Made by a program: the position numbers and the translations under genes. Below are positions 50,831 through 64,000 of a stretch of 64,000 nucleotides of DNA, one piece after another. Source of the DNA: Eledone cirrhosa (lineage: Eukaryota); assembly GCA_964016885.1 (NCBI GenBank), contig OZ024749.1, positions 32,984,001-33,048,000 of the forward strand, written 5' to 3'. The number at the start of each line of letters is the position of its first letter. The stretch's first letter is position 1. The notes beneath the pieces are model-generated. The model was given only the letters and a program-made list of their open reading frames with translations. It made no database searches and was not told the origin of the DNA.

Positions 50831-51318
50831 TAAATATATGTAATTTCCGTGTACATATCAAGATTGTTTTCAGTAATGTGTCAGCAAAGAATGTGCCTTT
50901 CTACATGTTTATGTCTAAAGCCCCATAAATGTCACCCCCATCTATCTATCCAGGTCTTCATTTACCTTCAGTTTAGCATTCATCATGTCAAAACAATATT
51001 AAAAAAAAAATTAAATATTGAAAGAATTTATATCTTTATTTTTGTCCATGCTATGATATTATTTAAGATATCATTACAATGAAGTATTCCTACTGTCTCC
51101 ATCAAGAGGTAAATGTATGTTAAATAAAACCCTATTATCTAACAAAGGGACGTAATTTCACTGTGAATATAATAATATGATTCTTTACATATATCTATGC
51201 ACACTATTTTATTTGTTATTAAAGAATTTATATATATGAAATATCTTGGAGTATCTTCTTGGGAGTGTGTGTTTGTTTGTGTGTCTGTGTGTCTTGTGTA
51301 TTTATACATATGTAAATG

Positions 51319-51355
<37 letters not shown>

Positions 51356-52316
51356 CCACCATAACACCTGAGGCTCTTAACACTACACCCTGGCCCGACT
51401 TACGGGCGGTGGACTTACCATTAAACAACTTGGAGCAACACCATAATCCACCCTCTGTTCTCCCTCCAGGAAGCTGCACTGCATATATTCAGCTGGGTTT
51501 ACCTCGTTATATTCTTCCACACTGCCAGACTAATCTTTGGGTAATTTTACAGAACTGCTGCTTATACCCAAGCAACTTCTTAGACAACTGATCATATAAT
51601 TATACAAATTCCATCTAAAGTGACTTTACCTTTCTAGGCCTTCAAACTCACACTGAACTTGTCACTTTGCACTAGTTAAACTTGTCTATAGTCTTTAATG
51701 ACTTTACTAATAATTTATACTCATACTCACACCTTAACACCGCCTCATTACATTGAGTCGACTAACCCTACTTATGTTAACTCCCTTTAAATAATAAATA
51801 ACATTTCTTACTATGCCGGTAGTGGTCATTAGTTTGACAAGTAACATTACACCAGCACCGGTAATTACCTCCATTAGCATACAAACATCTTTCCACCATT
51901 TTTCTATACTGAACAACGTATATGTAATATGCATTCTGATGTTAAAGTATTATTCTACCCGTATAGGGTATTTAATTAAAAACTTTGCCTTAGTATTTGC
52001 CTCAGACGACCCCCATTGGGTGAAACATGTGTAAGAGCTTTATAAAGATATGTTTTAATGGCTTGTAACTCTTTCATTAATCATTTTGCCTATCACCACG
52101 CTGCTTATCCTTGTACACTAAATATTAACCTACTCTAATATTTAACCCTGATAACCCAAGCATCGAGCACTTATGCACCCACTTTTGGCATGTAATACTC
52201 TGTATCACACCTCTTTATACCTCCTCTTTCTATCCTCTTTTACGATACTGTAACTTTTTATTATATATACATATATATATATATACATATATATATACAT
52301 ATATATATATATATAC

Positions 52317-52399
<83 letters not shown>

Positions 52400-52498
52400 C
52401 GGTGGTCGAGTGGGAGAAGTCATAGACGGTGGTGATCCCGATCGCATGTTCGATCCTGGTCGGGAGTAGGGTTCTCGGTAAACCTTTTCAGTTTTATG

Positions 52499-52840
52499 AA
52501 GGCACATGGCTTAGTGGTTAGAGCATTGGCCTTGCAATCGAAAGGTTGTGAGTTCAATTCTCAGACCGGGTGATGTGTTGTTTCCTTGAGCAAGACACTT
52601 TATTTCACATTGCTCCAGTTTACTCAGCTGTAGAAAGGAGATCATAGGGACTGGGATCCCTATCATTCCACTGCAAAGTGGTCGTGGAGGTGCCACGGCA
52701 AAAAAGCACCCAGCACTCACTGTAAATGAGGTTGGTGTTAGGAAGGGCATCCAGCTGTAGAAATCAAGCCAGAATCAGTTCCCGTCCCACCCTTGCAAGC
52801 AGGGAAAAGTGGACGTAAAATGATGATGATGATGATGATG

Positions 52841-52841
<1 letters not shown>
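52499..52841 (+). mobile_element. Full-length CORE-type SINE with RTE tail
   Basis: Near-identical to 10227-10568. Confidence 0.9.
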
Positions 52842-52877
<36 letters not shown>

Positions 52878-53969
52878 AGACGAAGCTTGTCGAAAGGATG
52901 GACATAGCCTCAGTCGTTTCCTCACTCACTCAATAATCAATTAAGTTCTAATATGTTACTTAGTGAGAAAGACGACTTTGTGTGGTAAGATAATTGAGAT
53001 ACCCAGACCGATGCATTAGTTTCTACAGTTCTGATTTGATGGCAGTGTTCCGAGTGGAACAACCATGTGCAGAATATTACGTAATGTTAGTATGCATTAC
53101 GTAATTAGGCGTGGAACCATGTCATCAGCGGGAGTTCGCTTCATTGTAATGGAAAGATCAATATAGCGTGTCACTACCTTCAGTTGCTGGTTGCAAGTGA
53201 ATGAATAGTATTCAACTTGCGTGACGTCACATCAAAGAGAAGATAAGTCACATATTAAGCGATGCCTCTGCTTGTAGCCTTTTTAAGTGAGGAAAGGCTG
53301 TGCACGGGGCCAATCCCAATTTCTGAACATCGAATGCATTTGCCCCAAAAGAAGAACTGGTCTACATCATTGGATGCAAACGAAGTCGCAGGTTATACAT
53401 ACATACATACATACATACATACATACATACACGATGATGGCTTCCCCCTCATTATCGAGTATGGCCATTGCACGATATACATTATTAAAAATTATTAATT
53501 AATTTTATCGTGCAATGCCTGTGTGTGAAGGTATTTTTTAAAGTGAGGAAGAACTGTGCACTGAGCCAATCCCACTCTCTGAGCAACAGTAGCTATAACC
53601 CGAAAAGAAGAAAAGATCAACATCATCGGTAACTACTGAGCCGCAGGTTTTATATCGGAGTTATCCCAGTTTCCTGAGTTGCCTTCTTCTAGAAGAATGC
53701 CCTGACAAAGGCTAGGAGTCCTTCACTCCCAGTGATTTAACCGCGCGATCGGGTGTCCAGCCCGACTATTTCTATGTCCCCGCGCATATACATACATATG
53801 TACATGTGTATATACATATTTACACACTTTTGGATGGCCATTGACTCTTATGAGTTCTTCCGCCAAACGAAGGTTATAAATACATATATACATACATACA
53901 TACATATATACATGCATGCATACATGCATGCATGCATACATACATACATACATACACACTTACATACAT

Positions 53970-54425
53970 AGATGGCACCAAAAAATACTGGTGGAACCTG
54001 AAAATAAAAACTGCCAGCTAATTAAAGCACAACCGGCCTGATATTGTTGTTGAAAATGTGCTCTGTTGTAGAGATCAGCTGTCCACTTGATCAACGTTGT
54101 AAGAAAAATACAAGAGAAGGAGGACATCTACGGACCATTAATGAGGAAATTGCAGATCCAGTATCCAAGATACACCTTAAGCTTCATACCCATCATTATT
54201 GGAGCTACAAGTTATATACCAACCCGCTTGGACCAAAGTATGACTGAACTTTGATTTGTGCACAAAGAGCGCAGCTCCCTAATTCATAGCCCACAAATGG
54301 CTGCGATATCTGGCACCTTCAAAATTTCTTGCGATTCAAGGAATGACAATTTCTTTTCTTTTACAACCTTGCCACCAGGAAGGTGGCCGGTCAAAAATGT
54401 ACTCGAAATTAAGAGAAAGAGAAAC
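53970..54425 (+). mobile_element. 3' end of an R4/Dong-like non-LTR retrotransposon (restriction-like endonuclease), degenerate
   Basis: KYWWN...KHNRPDIVV...VVEISCPLD...KIQEKEDIY...IPIIIGA across frameshifts; flanked by (CATA)n. Confidence 0.75.
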
Positions 54426-55064
54426 ATACATACATACATACATACATACGTACACGCACACGTTGGACGTGGAATGAGATATGTCTTGCCAAATTAGCAT
54501 TCTGCTAGCAGTAGTTAAAAATTGACGACTAATAATTTAGTTTGAGATTTGTTTAAAATCAGCTGTTGAGTTGTTTCCTGTATATTCTTCCACGACAGAT
54601 TCTTAAAGGAATCGTTTAGAAGTAAATTACTTGGAATTAAATATCCAGACATCTACTTTAGAATAAGTTCTTCGAATTCTTCCCAAGAACCAATCTGTTT
54701 TCATAATGTATGTATGTATGTATGTATGTATGTATGTATGTATGTATGTATGTATGTATGTATGTATGTATGTATGTATGTATGTATGTATGTATGTATG
54801 TATGTGTCCGTGTTTATATGTATACATGTATATATATGTATACATGTATAAACACACACATATGTACACACACGCACATATATATATATATATGTACATA
54901 TAAGTATATGTATATGTACATATAAGTATATGTATATGTATTTATATGCGTATATAAGTATATGTATATATGCATATAAATATATATATGCATACACACA
55001 CATATATATATATATGTACACACACACACACACACAGATGTATATGATATATATATATATATAT

Positions 55065-55204
55065 AAGTTTATCCCGGGTTCAATCGGGGGTAACCACAGT
55101 AAGTAGGTACTCAATACATAGCAGAGTATAAATATTTAATATAGAAATGGCTTCTACAGGACTATAACTGTTTCATTCGGGAGAAATCATCAGGAATGAA
55201 ACAG

Positions 55205-55207
<3 letters not shown>
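55065..55207 (-). mobile_element. Second copy of the 50369-50540 element
   Basis: Reverse-complement identity, including the fold-back junction. Confidence 0.65.
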
Positions 55208-55284
<77 letters not shown>

Positions 55285-55302
55285 CGTATATATATATATA
55301 TA

Positions 55303-55591
55303 CAAGGTGTCAAAGAAGAAAAATATTGCCTGTGCAGGTAATCAAAGTATAATAATAATAATGAAATTATTGTGTACAGTGCTCAGGTGCACTACAACTC
55401 ATCAAAGGTGCATGTATAGTACAGAGAATAATGTACAAATGTCAGGAAAATGAACAGTGTATGAGTCATGATATAATAACAATAACAATAATGAAATATT
55501 GTGTACAGTGCCCAGGTGCACCACAACTCATCAAAAAAGTGCATGTACAGTACATAGGGCAATGCACATGTATACATTTTTTTGGGACACC

Positions 55592-55594
<3 letters not shown>
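55303..55594. mobile_element. Tc1/mariner MITE with an internal duplication
   Basis: TA-flanked caaggtgtc ... gacaccctg; aatgaaat..ttgtgtacagtgc..aggtgcac..caactcatcaaa present twice. Confidence 0.65.
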
Positions 55595-55637
<43 letters not shown>

Positions 55638-55820
55638 GGTCGGATATTATATATAGCGTGGTGAATCCACCTGGACATGAAACGTGAAATGATTTAAAGT
55701 ATACGCACGTAAGCAGACATGCGTGAAATAGACTAAAACTTGGAAATGAATGTGAGAGAGAGAGGATTGGAGAAGAGGGAGAGGGAGGAAGAGAGAGGGG
55801 GCGAGAGAGGGAGATAGAGT

Positions 55821-55875
<55 letters not shown>

Positions 55876-56090
55876 AGAGGGTAAGGGAGAGTTAGAGGGT
55901 AAGGGAGACTGGCAGAGAGAAACAAGAGAAGGAAAATGTGAGAAGGAGAGAGAAAGATGGGTTGAGAATCTAGGATGCAACATTATGCAAGAAACGAGGT
56001 AAACACAGACATACACACACACACAGACACACACAGACACACACAGACGCACACACACACACACACACAGACACACACACACACACACAC

Positions 56091-56121
<31 letters not shown>

Positions 56122-56483
56122 TACAGACAAGGCCGGATTTAATAGGAGGAGGGGGCAATTGCTCCAGGCCCCTGCAGTGGGGGGCCCAGCAGCGAAGGCC
56201 GTAACAATTTATTTGTAACCTCAGCTAGGCTTTTTGGTTTTAGAATGGTTAGAATGTTTGAATTTAATACTTGTATGTATAACTTATATGAGAATACACG
56301 ACTCCTCGTGGATAGGAGGTCTGTCCAAAGCAGGGTTAAACCTCTCCTCCGCTCCCAGCTATTGCTGGTACTCATTTTCAGCTGAGTGTACTGGAGCAAC
56401 GTAAAATGAAGTGTTTTGCTCAAGGAAACAACACATAACCCAATCCAGGAAACGATCCACGACATTATGATCATAAGTCCACA

Positions 56484-56700
56484 GGGCGGTGGATCTGGCA
56501 GAATCGGTAGAGGGTCGGACGCCATGCTTTGCAGCATAGAGTTACGGTCCTTTATGATCTGAGTTCAAATCCCGCCGAGGTTAACTTTGCCTTTCATCCT
56601 TACGGGGTCGATAAAATAAAGTACCAGTCACGCACTTGGGTCGATTTTATCGACTTTCCCCTCCCCCCAAAATTGCTGGCCTTGTGCCTATATAAGAAAC
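56484..56700 (+). mobile_element. Group B SINE inserted in a minus-strand CORE SINE (~56320-56750)
   Basis: 19-bp TSD cattatgatcataagtcca at 56463 and 56701. Confidence 0.9.
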
Positions 56701-57041
56701 CATTATGATCATAAGTCCAGCACCCTAACCAGTTAGCCACTCGCCATCACTAAAAGTACAAGTAGCAATGAATACTATATCGCATTTTTTTGTTGTAATG
56801 AAGGAAAAACCAGTCCAGAGACCGAGACAAACATTCTGGAAAATAGATAGTGGTAAAAAAATAATGAGATTAAGCACACATGTATTATTTGTGTACTTAA
56901 CAGACAGCGTGTGTGTGTAGGTGAGTGTTTGTATGTGAATGTTTGTGTGTATGTTTGTATGTGTATGTGTGTTTTGTGGGTGAGTGTGGTGAGTGTTTGC
57001 ATGTATGCATGTGTATCAGGGTCTGGGCGTGTGTATAAGTG

Positions 57042-57093
<52 letters not shown>

Positions 57094-57516
57094 AATGTGC
57101 ATACATGTGTGTGTGTGTGAATGTGCATACATGTGTGTGTGTGTGTGTGTGTACGTGTATGCGTGTGCTTACGATATTAGCCACACGAACGATTCAGCGT
57201 CCCTTGTAAAAATGGCCGCTGCTCTCTAGACCAATGTTTACTTCACCGAATTGAATGTAGTTTAACCCTATCACGTATTGTATCTCTATATGGACCCTCA
57301 ATTACTGACGGAGTCGCAAGTGCACATATTAAACCTGGCGGAACGCATGCCTTCTCTGGGTCTGAACAACACAGGGGGGGGGGGGGGGCGGAGAGTGAGA
57401 GAGAACAAAGAAGGTGTGGTAAGATACCAGGTGGACCATCTGACTGATGGCTTAGTTCAGTTCAGATCTAGATGTCGAAACGGCCGGAGCTCAGCCGTTG
57501 GGGTCCTCACTCTTTT

Positions 57517-57564
<48 letters not shown>

Positions 57565-57750
57565 AAAAGAGTGAGGACCCCGATATATAGTTTTCCATTT
57601 ATTTAATATTGTAAATATACTCCAAATATTTGTCGAGTGCTTTTATATCAGTTATAAATATTTACTAGTTGTAACCCAACAATTTTAAATATAACTTTAC
57701 ATATATATATATATATTTGAAAATGTGTGTAATCCTTGGTACAGTTAGGT

Positions 57751-58129
<379 letters not shown>

Positions 58130-58264
58130 CATATATAGATATGCATATATGTACCTCTCTGCTTCATCCTCTCTTACGATACTTTAACCCTATTATTATA
58201 ATATATATATATATATACATATTATTTTCTGTATCTATCCTTTGTGATCCTGTGTCTACTTTTT

Positions 58265-58299
58265 GTACTCTCGAAGAAGGGCTAAAGCCCGAAACGTCA
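58265..58299 (+). ncRNA. Degenerate minimal hammerhead-like motif
   Basis: tcGAAGA a-gggc-taaa-gccc GAAACGTC; core imperfect, stem I unclear. Confidence 0.35.
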
Positions 58300-58373
58300 T
58301 ACTTTCTATCCTCTTTTCCATATAAAGCGTGAAACTAATAAGACTTTTTGTACATCTGTTTGTCGTTTCCTTG

Positions 58374-58410
<37 letters not shown>

Positions 58411-58579
58411 GTAGGAGGTGAGTTTTATTGTAGTACAATAAAGCAATGAAGATATCGGATAAGAAGCACTCTACAGTTTGTAGGACTGGAGTATAAATAA
58501 TATATAAGATCAAAAGATGGTTAAAAATAAAATACATGGAACTCTTTTAACCATCTTTTGATCTTATATATATAGAGAG

Positions 58580-59800
58580 AGACTGGTACTTTTCTTTATC
58601 TATCTCGAAAGGTAAAGTTGATTGACCTTGGCGGGATTCGAACTCAGAGTGGAGAGAGGTGGAACCAACAATATAAATCATTCGATCGGTAGTTTTAACG
58701 AATTTGTCAATTTGCCGCCTCTATCAGACATTCAATTAATTTAAAGTTTATTTAAACTTTTTTGTTATCGCATTTCTAATGGAATACACCAAAGAAAAAA
58801 TCGGAAGAGCTTGATAAAATAATCAACTCGATTGACAGAATTGGTAGAGCGTCCGATAAAATGCTATTGCGTTATTTGTTTTAGCTTTTAACATTCTGAG
58901 TTCAAATCTTGCCGAAGTTAACTTTGCCTTTCATTTTTCTAAATACAATCGACATTAATTCAAAATGAAGTACCTGGAAAAAAGGTTTTATGAAATCTGT
59001 CTATGAATGTGGAGATACAGACCTGTCAAGTCCCACCGTCCGACCGGGGATCTCCTACCCACTTTGGGATGGGTGAGAGATGTCTTCTCTTGTGAAAATG
59101 GGTACAGCTTTTATTGTATAAAATCTCCCCATTTTGTCTCATTTCTCCCCGTTTTGGGGCACTTTTTTTTCATGGTACTCCCCATTTGACGTTGGCAGGT
59201 CTGGAGATAGCACACGCCATTTTGAATTGGCCGTATTTGTAGAGGGTCGGACGCCATGCTTTGACGCATAGAGCTACGGCCCTTGCCATTCTGAGTTCAA
59301 ATCCCGCCGAGGTTAACTTTGCCTTTCATCCTTACGGGGTCGATAAAATAAAGTACCAGTAATGTACTGGGTAATTGCTGGCCTTGTGTCCAAAGTAGAA
59401 ACAATTATATTTCTTATAAGGGCGGTGGATTGGCAGTATCAGTAGAGTTACGTCCCTTTATGGTCTGAGTTCAAATCCCACCGAGGTTAATTTTGCCTTT
59501 CATCCTTACGGAGTCGATAAAATAAAGTACCAGTGATGCACTGGGATAATTGCTGGCCTTGTGCCCAAAGTAGAAACAATTATATTTCTTATAAGATGGT
59601 TGTTACAAAGTTGGTGGATTGGCAGAATTAGTAGAGCGTCCGATAAAATGCCATTGCGGTATTTGTTTTGGTTCTTTACATAGTGAGTTCAAATCCTGCA
59701 GAGGTCAACTTTGCTTTTCATCCTTCAAGGGTAGATAAAATAAAGTACCAATAAAGTCCTGGGGTTGATTTAATCAACTTTTCCCAACCCCACCGCCCAA
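58580..59800. mobile_element. Cluster of ~5 group B SINE copies plus a MITE (59018-59203)
   Basis: Repeated gagttcaaatcc..ttaactttgcctttcatcc cores at ~58900, 59293, 59467 and 59685, and a minus copy at ~58630. Confidence 0.8.
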
Positions 59801-59947
59801 AATTGAGCCCTAATTATAAATCAACATTACTTACAGAAAATGATGAGGGGGAAAGAATGGTCAGTTTTATTTAATAAGCAGAGTTGCTAGTACGTATACT
59901 AACATATACATATAGTAATGCACACACTCACACACTCACACACACAC

Positions 59948-60001
<54 letters not shown>

Positions 60002-60177
60002 GATATATTCTCTTTATTACATATATATATAAATATATATATATAAGATATATGTATATACGATATATATATGAATATATATATGATATATATATATATA
60101 TAAGAGATATATATATGATATATATAAGATATATATATATAAAAGATATATATATATAAAAGATATATATATATATA

Positions 60178-60228
<51 letters not shown>

Positions 60229-60257
60229 TATATAAATATATATATATATATATGATA

Positions 60258-60343
<86 letters not shown>

Positions 60344-62560
60344 TATTACTAACACGCCGCAAGCGACCACGTTTATATACACGCGTATACATACATTCAC
60401 TGACACATACACCCACACATTCACTGACACCTACACACACACACATTCACCAACACACACATTCATACACGTACATATGCATACACACAGCTGCCACTCA
60501 CGCACTCACATATCCCAACACTCCCACAGGAATGCTTACATCCATACGAACATACACGCACAAACATTTGTACACATACGCGTACAGACACACACATCTG
60601 CACAGACACACACATACCCCTCATCCCACATCCACGCAAACACACACACACACACACACACATCTACACGTGCACTCACACACATGCGCACCTACATTGA
60701 CACACACAAATACTCCAACCGTCATATATCATATTGCAGCTGGAGTGTTACTGTAAAATAATATTTTATCTATCTCCCTCCTACACCCACCTTTCCCCTA
60801 CCCCTACTCCCACCTTTCCCCTACCCCTACTCCCACCTTCGCCACCTCTTACTGCCAACTTTACCCACCTCTTACTCATACTCCCCTCCTCATGATTTAC
60901 CTCCCCTTCTAAGATGTTTGCTGTCACCGAATGACATTTTATTTATTTTCATTATCCAGCCAGTCAAGGTTAACCCAACGTGTGCCAAACGATAGGAAAA
61001 CAGGCAGAGAAAAATATCCACATTCTTATTTTATTTTCAACGCAACAAGGATAAGGGAAAACATTGGTGGTAAATGAAAATGAAAACATGTTTTGAATTC
61101 TGGTTTCATATTGTTGCAAAAATAGTACTTAGTTTTGTCTAATATCCTTCAAATGTCTTCCAAGATTCGTCAGCAGACGATAAACATAGAACTTATGCAT
61201 GTGCCAAATCACAGAGTTACTGATGGAAACAATGAAGAGGTCCTGTAGAAGCATGCTTGCTTCTTTCCAACCCCAACCTTTGCATATCCTCTGAATTCAA
61301 TGTCCATGTCATGCTACCAATAGACCAGGTCTTTATTAGTTGTCTTGCAGGTCGGTGTTCAACTTTTATCATATAGGAAAGGCATAGGTTTTAACTAGGC
61401 CGACTTGCCCCAGACACACTACATGAGGGACGAGCTATAACATACTGTATAGTTAGCATTTGGTTTTGTTTTGAATTCTTACCACATGAGAGAGTGATAG
61501 GCTTTATGACAAAATCTCTGGATAAAATCCCAACCAGACAAAAACTTCATAGGGACAAAATATCGTCTCCTTCTGGACAAAAAATCCTTATAGTAAAAAA
61601 TAAAACAGTAAAAGATAAAACAAAATCTATTTATAGTTTTTAGCAGCTAATAATATGAAATATAATTTACCTGATAAAGAATAAACTAAAATTATGTTTT
61701 CAAATTCTGCATTATTATTTTTACTATGTGGTGGATTTTGGTCGTGTTATCAGGGACCCAGAACCTCTGTATCCATATCCTAGAAGGACGTATCGGTGGC
61801 AGAAGATCAAGAGGAAGACCAAGGAGACGCTGGAGTGATTAAATCATGGATAAGACGGGAAGGACGCTGGCAGAGTGCACGGTGGTGAGGGAGAAGAGCT
61901 AGTGGATATCATTGGGGCAATTGTCCATTGTTCCTGATCATCAGTAATGAGAATGGGAAATAAAAATGAAGAAGATTTTGTCCAATAAAATGAGGTTTAT
62001 GTTCATTCGGTATTGTGTATGGTGGGTATTATGCCTGGTGGGGTCTTGTCATGGATACGGGCTTTAACTAGGCCGACTTGCCCCAGACACACATCAAAAA
62101 GAACGGATTAATAATAAACTGTAGTCGATAGAATCGATCAAGCTCTTTCTCCGACAATGATTGGCCTTATGCCCAAATAGAAGAAACCAATATAATAATT
62201 TCATTAGTGGGTTATGTGTGTCGTCTGCTGTCCCGCCACTAACTCCCGCTGAAAACATTAACTATCGTCTGCACAACTATGTGAGTGTGTGTGAATGTGT
62301 GTGTAGGTCAGTGTTATGTGTGTTTTTGTGTGAGTATATGTGCTTGAGTGTGTATTCGTGTTTGTCTGTTTGCGAATGTGTGTATGGTGAGTGTGTGTAT
62401 CTGTGTGCGAGTGTGTGCATGAAATGTTTTCTATCTGTGTATCTGAGTGTGTTCCTTTTTACTTTAACAACAGTTTAGTCGGCCATATTGTTTTTTTTAT
62501 ATATTTCGATCTCCACTCTTGCTCGAGCCTCTCGAGACATAATTATATAGAAAATAAATA

Positions 62561-62648
<88 letters not shown>

Positions 62649-62816
62649 TTGATAGAGAGTTGGGGAAGGTGAAGAGAGAGGTAGTGAAAGATAGTGAGTG
62701 AGAGTGAGAGAGATAGAATTAAATATAAAGATAAATAGAGAGAAAGATTGAGAGAGAATGAAAGAGAGAGAACGAGAGAGAGAAAACGAGAGATTGAGAG
62801 AAAGAGAGAGAGATAG

Positions 62817-62851
<35 letters not shown>

Positions 62852-62855
62852 GAGA

Positions 62856-62916
<61 letters not shown>

Positions 62917-63704
62917 CAACTGAAGAAAACGAAATTACAAAATAGAAAGTTTTTCTTTGAAGTTTCTTTTAAAAATACTTTTTGTGGGCAATGTTGTTTT
63001 TATGAAGAACAAAATGAAATTTAGAAACGAAGAATCTCAATAAAACATAAAATAAAAGAGAGAAAATCGATATAAAACTATAGCTAAATTTACCAAATTA
63101 TATTTACAAGGAAGAAACATCATTATGATTGTAGCCGCCGCCGTCGCCGTCATCCTCGGTGGCGTCGTCATCGTCGTAGCTATTGTTCACCTTCCTCTTC
63201 TCTCTCGCAATTCGTCTGTCTGACTGCCTCTTTGTCTGTCTGTCTTCCTGGGGTCAATTATAGGTTTATGGTTTACGTTTGCTTGAGTTCGTGGCTGGCT
63301 TTGATTTAATCTGGATGCATTTACGTTCAAGTTACGGCAATTGACGATCTTTGTTGCATCATAATATATATTACATTAACTATCGAGTCATTTATGGTAC
63401 AATTGTTTCTCTGGCTGCCTACGACAAATTTTCACTGAAACAGGCCCCAGGTCATCAGCCTATGACTCCATTTGTAATGGAGGTGTTTTTTTTCTTTCGA
63501 ACGTAAAAGAGATCCAATAGAGAAGCAGAAAGATTAAAACATATATCGGTAAACATGTTTTAGGTATTCAAAGTGGGAAAAGAAATGCGAGTGAAGTAAA
63601 ATAGAAAAATAATCAGATATAGTTTATGAAGATTAAAGGGAGCTAACTATTGCTGGGCCCACATAAAGGAGAAAAAAAAAAAGGAAAAATAATAATGCTT
63701 TCTT

Positions 63705-63925
63705 TATTTTTCTTATATGGGCACAAGACCAGCATATTTTAGGGGAGGGAAAAGTTGATTAAATCGATCCCAGTGCGTGACTGGTACTTTCTTTTATCGA
63801 CCCCGTAAGGATGAAATGCAAAGTTAACCTGGGCGGGATTTTATCTCAGATCATAAAGGGCCGTAACTCTATGCTGCAAAGCATGGTGTCCGACTATCTA
63901 CCGATACTGCCAATCCACCGCCCCA
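63705..63925 (-). mobile_element. Full-length group B SINE
   Basis: Reverse complement of 56484-56700. Confidence 0.85.
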
Positions 63926-64000
63926 AAGGAGAAATAATAATGATTTGGCTTATAAAGGAGAGTCCATGTTAAAGTAGATAGGTGATACCAGTGGTTAGTA

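Noticed and set aside
53221-53230. CRE palindrome TGACGTCA
   Set aside because: Isolated 8-mer with no associated gene start in view

Overview
AT-rich animal genomic DNA. The (TA)n/(CA)n microsatellite load and the SINE/LINE repertoire suggest an octopus or other cephalopod (inference). Two spliced + strand host genes are present: the last two coding exons of an acidic/basic chromatin-type protein (RSF1-like, tentative) with a long KTDK-repeat tail (656-5618), and a complete 10-coding-exon acid lipase of the LIPA/gastric lipase family (35622-48036, 439 aa). The rest is retroelements (RTE, CR1-like, L1/Tx1, R4/Dong-like LINE fragments, two tRNA-headed SINE groups), MITEs and minisatellites. 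The most notable signal is a set of type I hammerhead ribozyme motifs from several sequence-unrelated families, mostly in non-coding elements in or beside (TA)n tracts and often folded into long inverted repeats. One is a tandem ~465-nt trimer with one hammerhead per monomer and an inverted terminal segment (15683-17140), which has the architecture of a non-LTR retrozyme / non-autonomous Penelope-like element. Another has a ~115-nt stem II (18706-18860). All folds were paired by eye, and boundaries of degenerate repeats are approximate.
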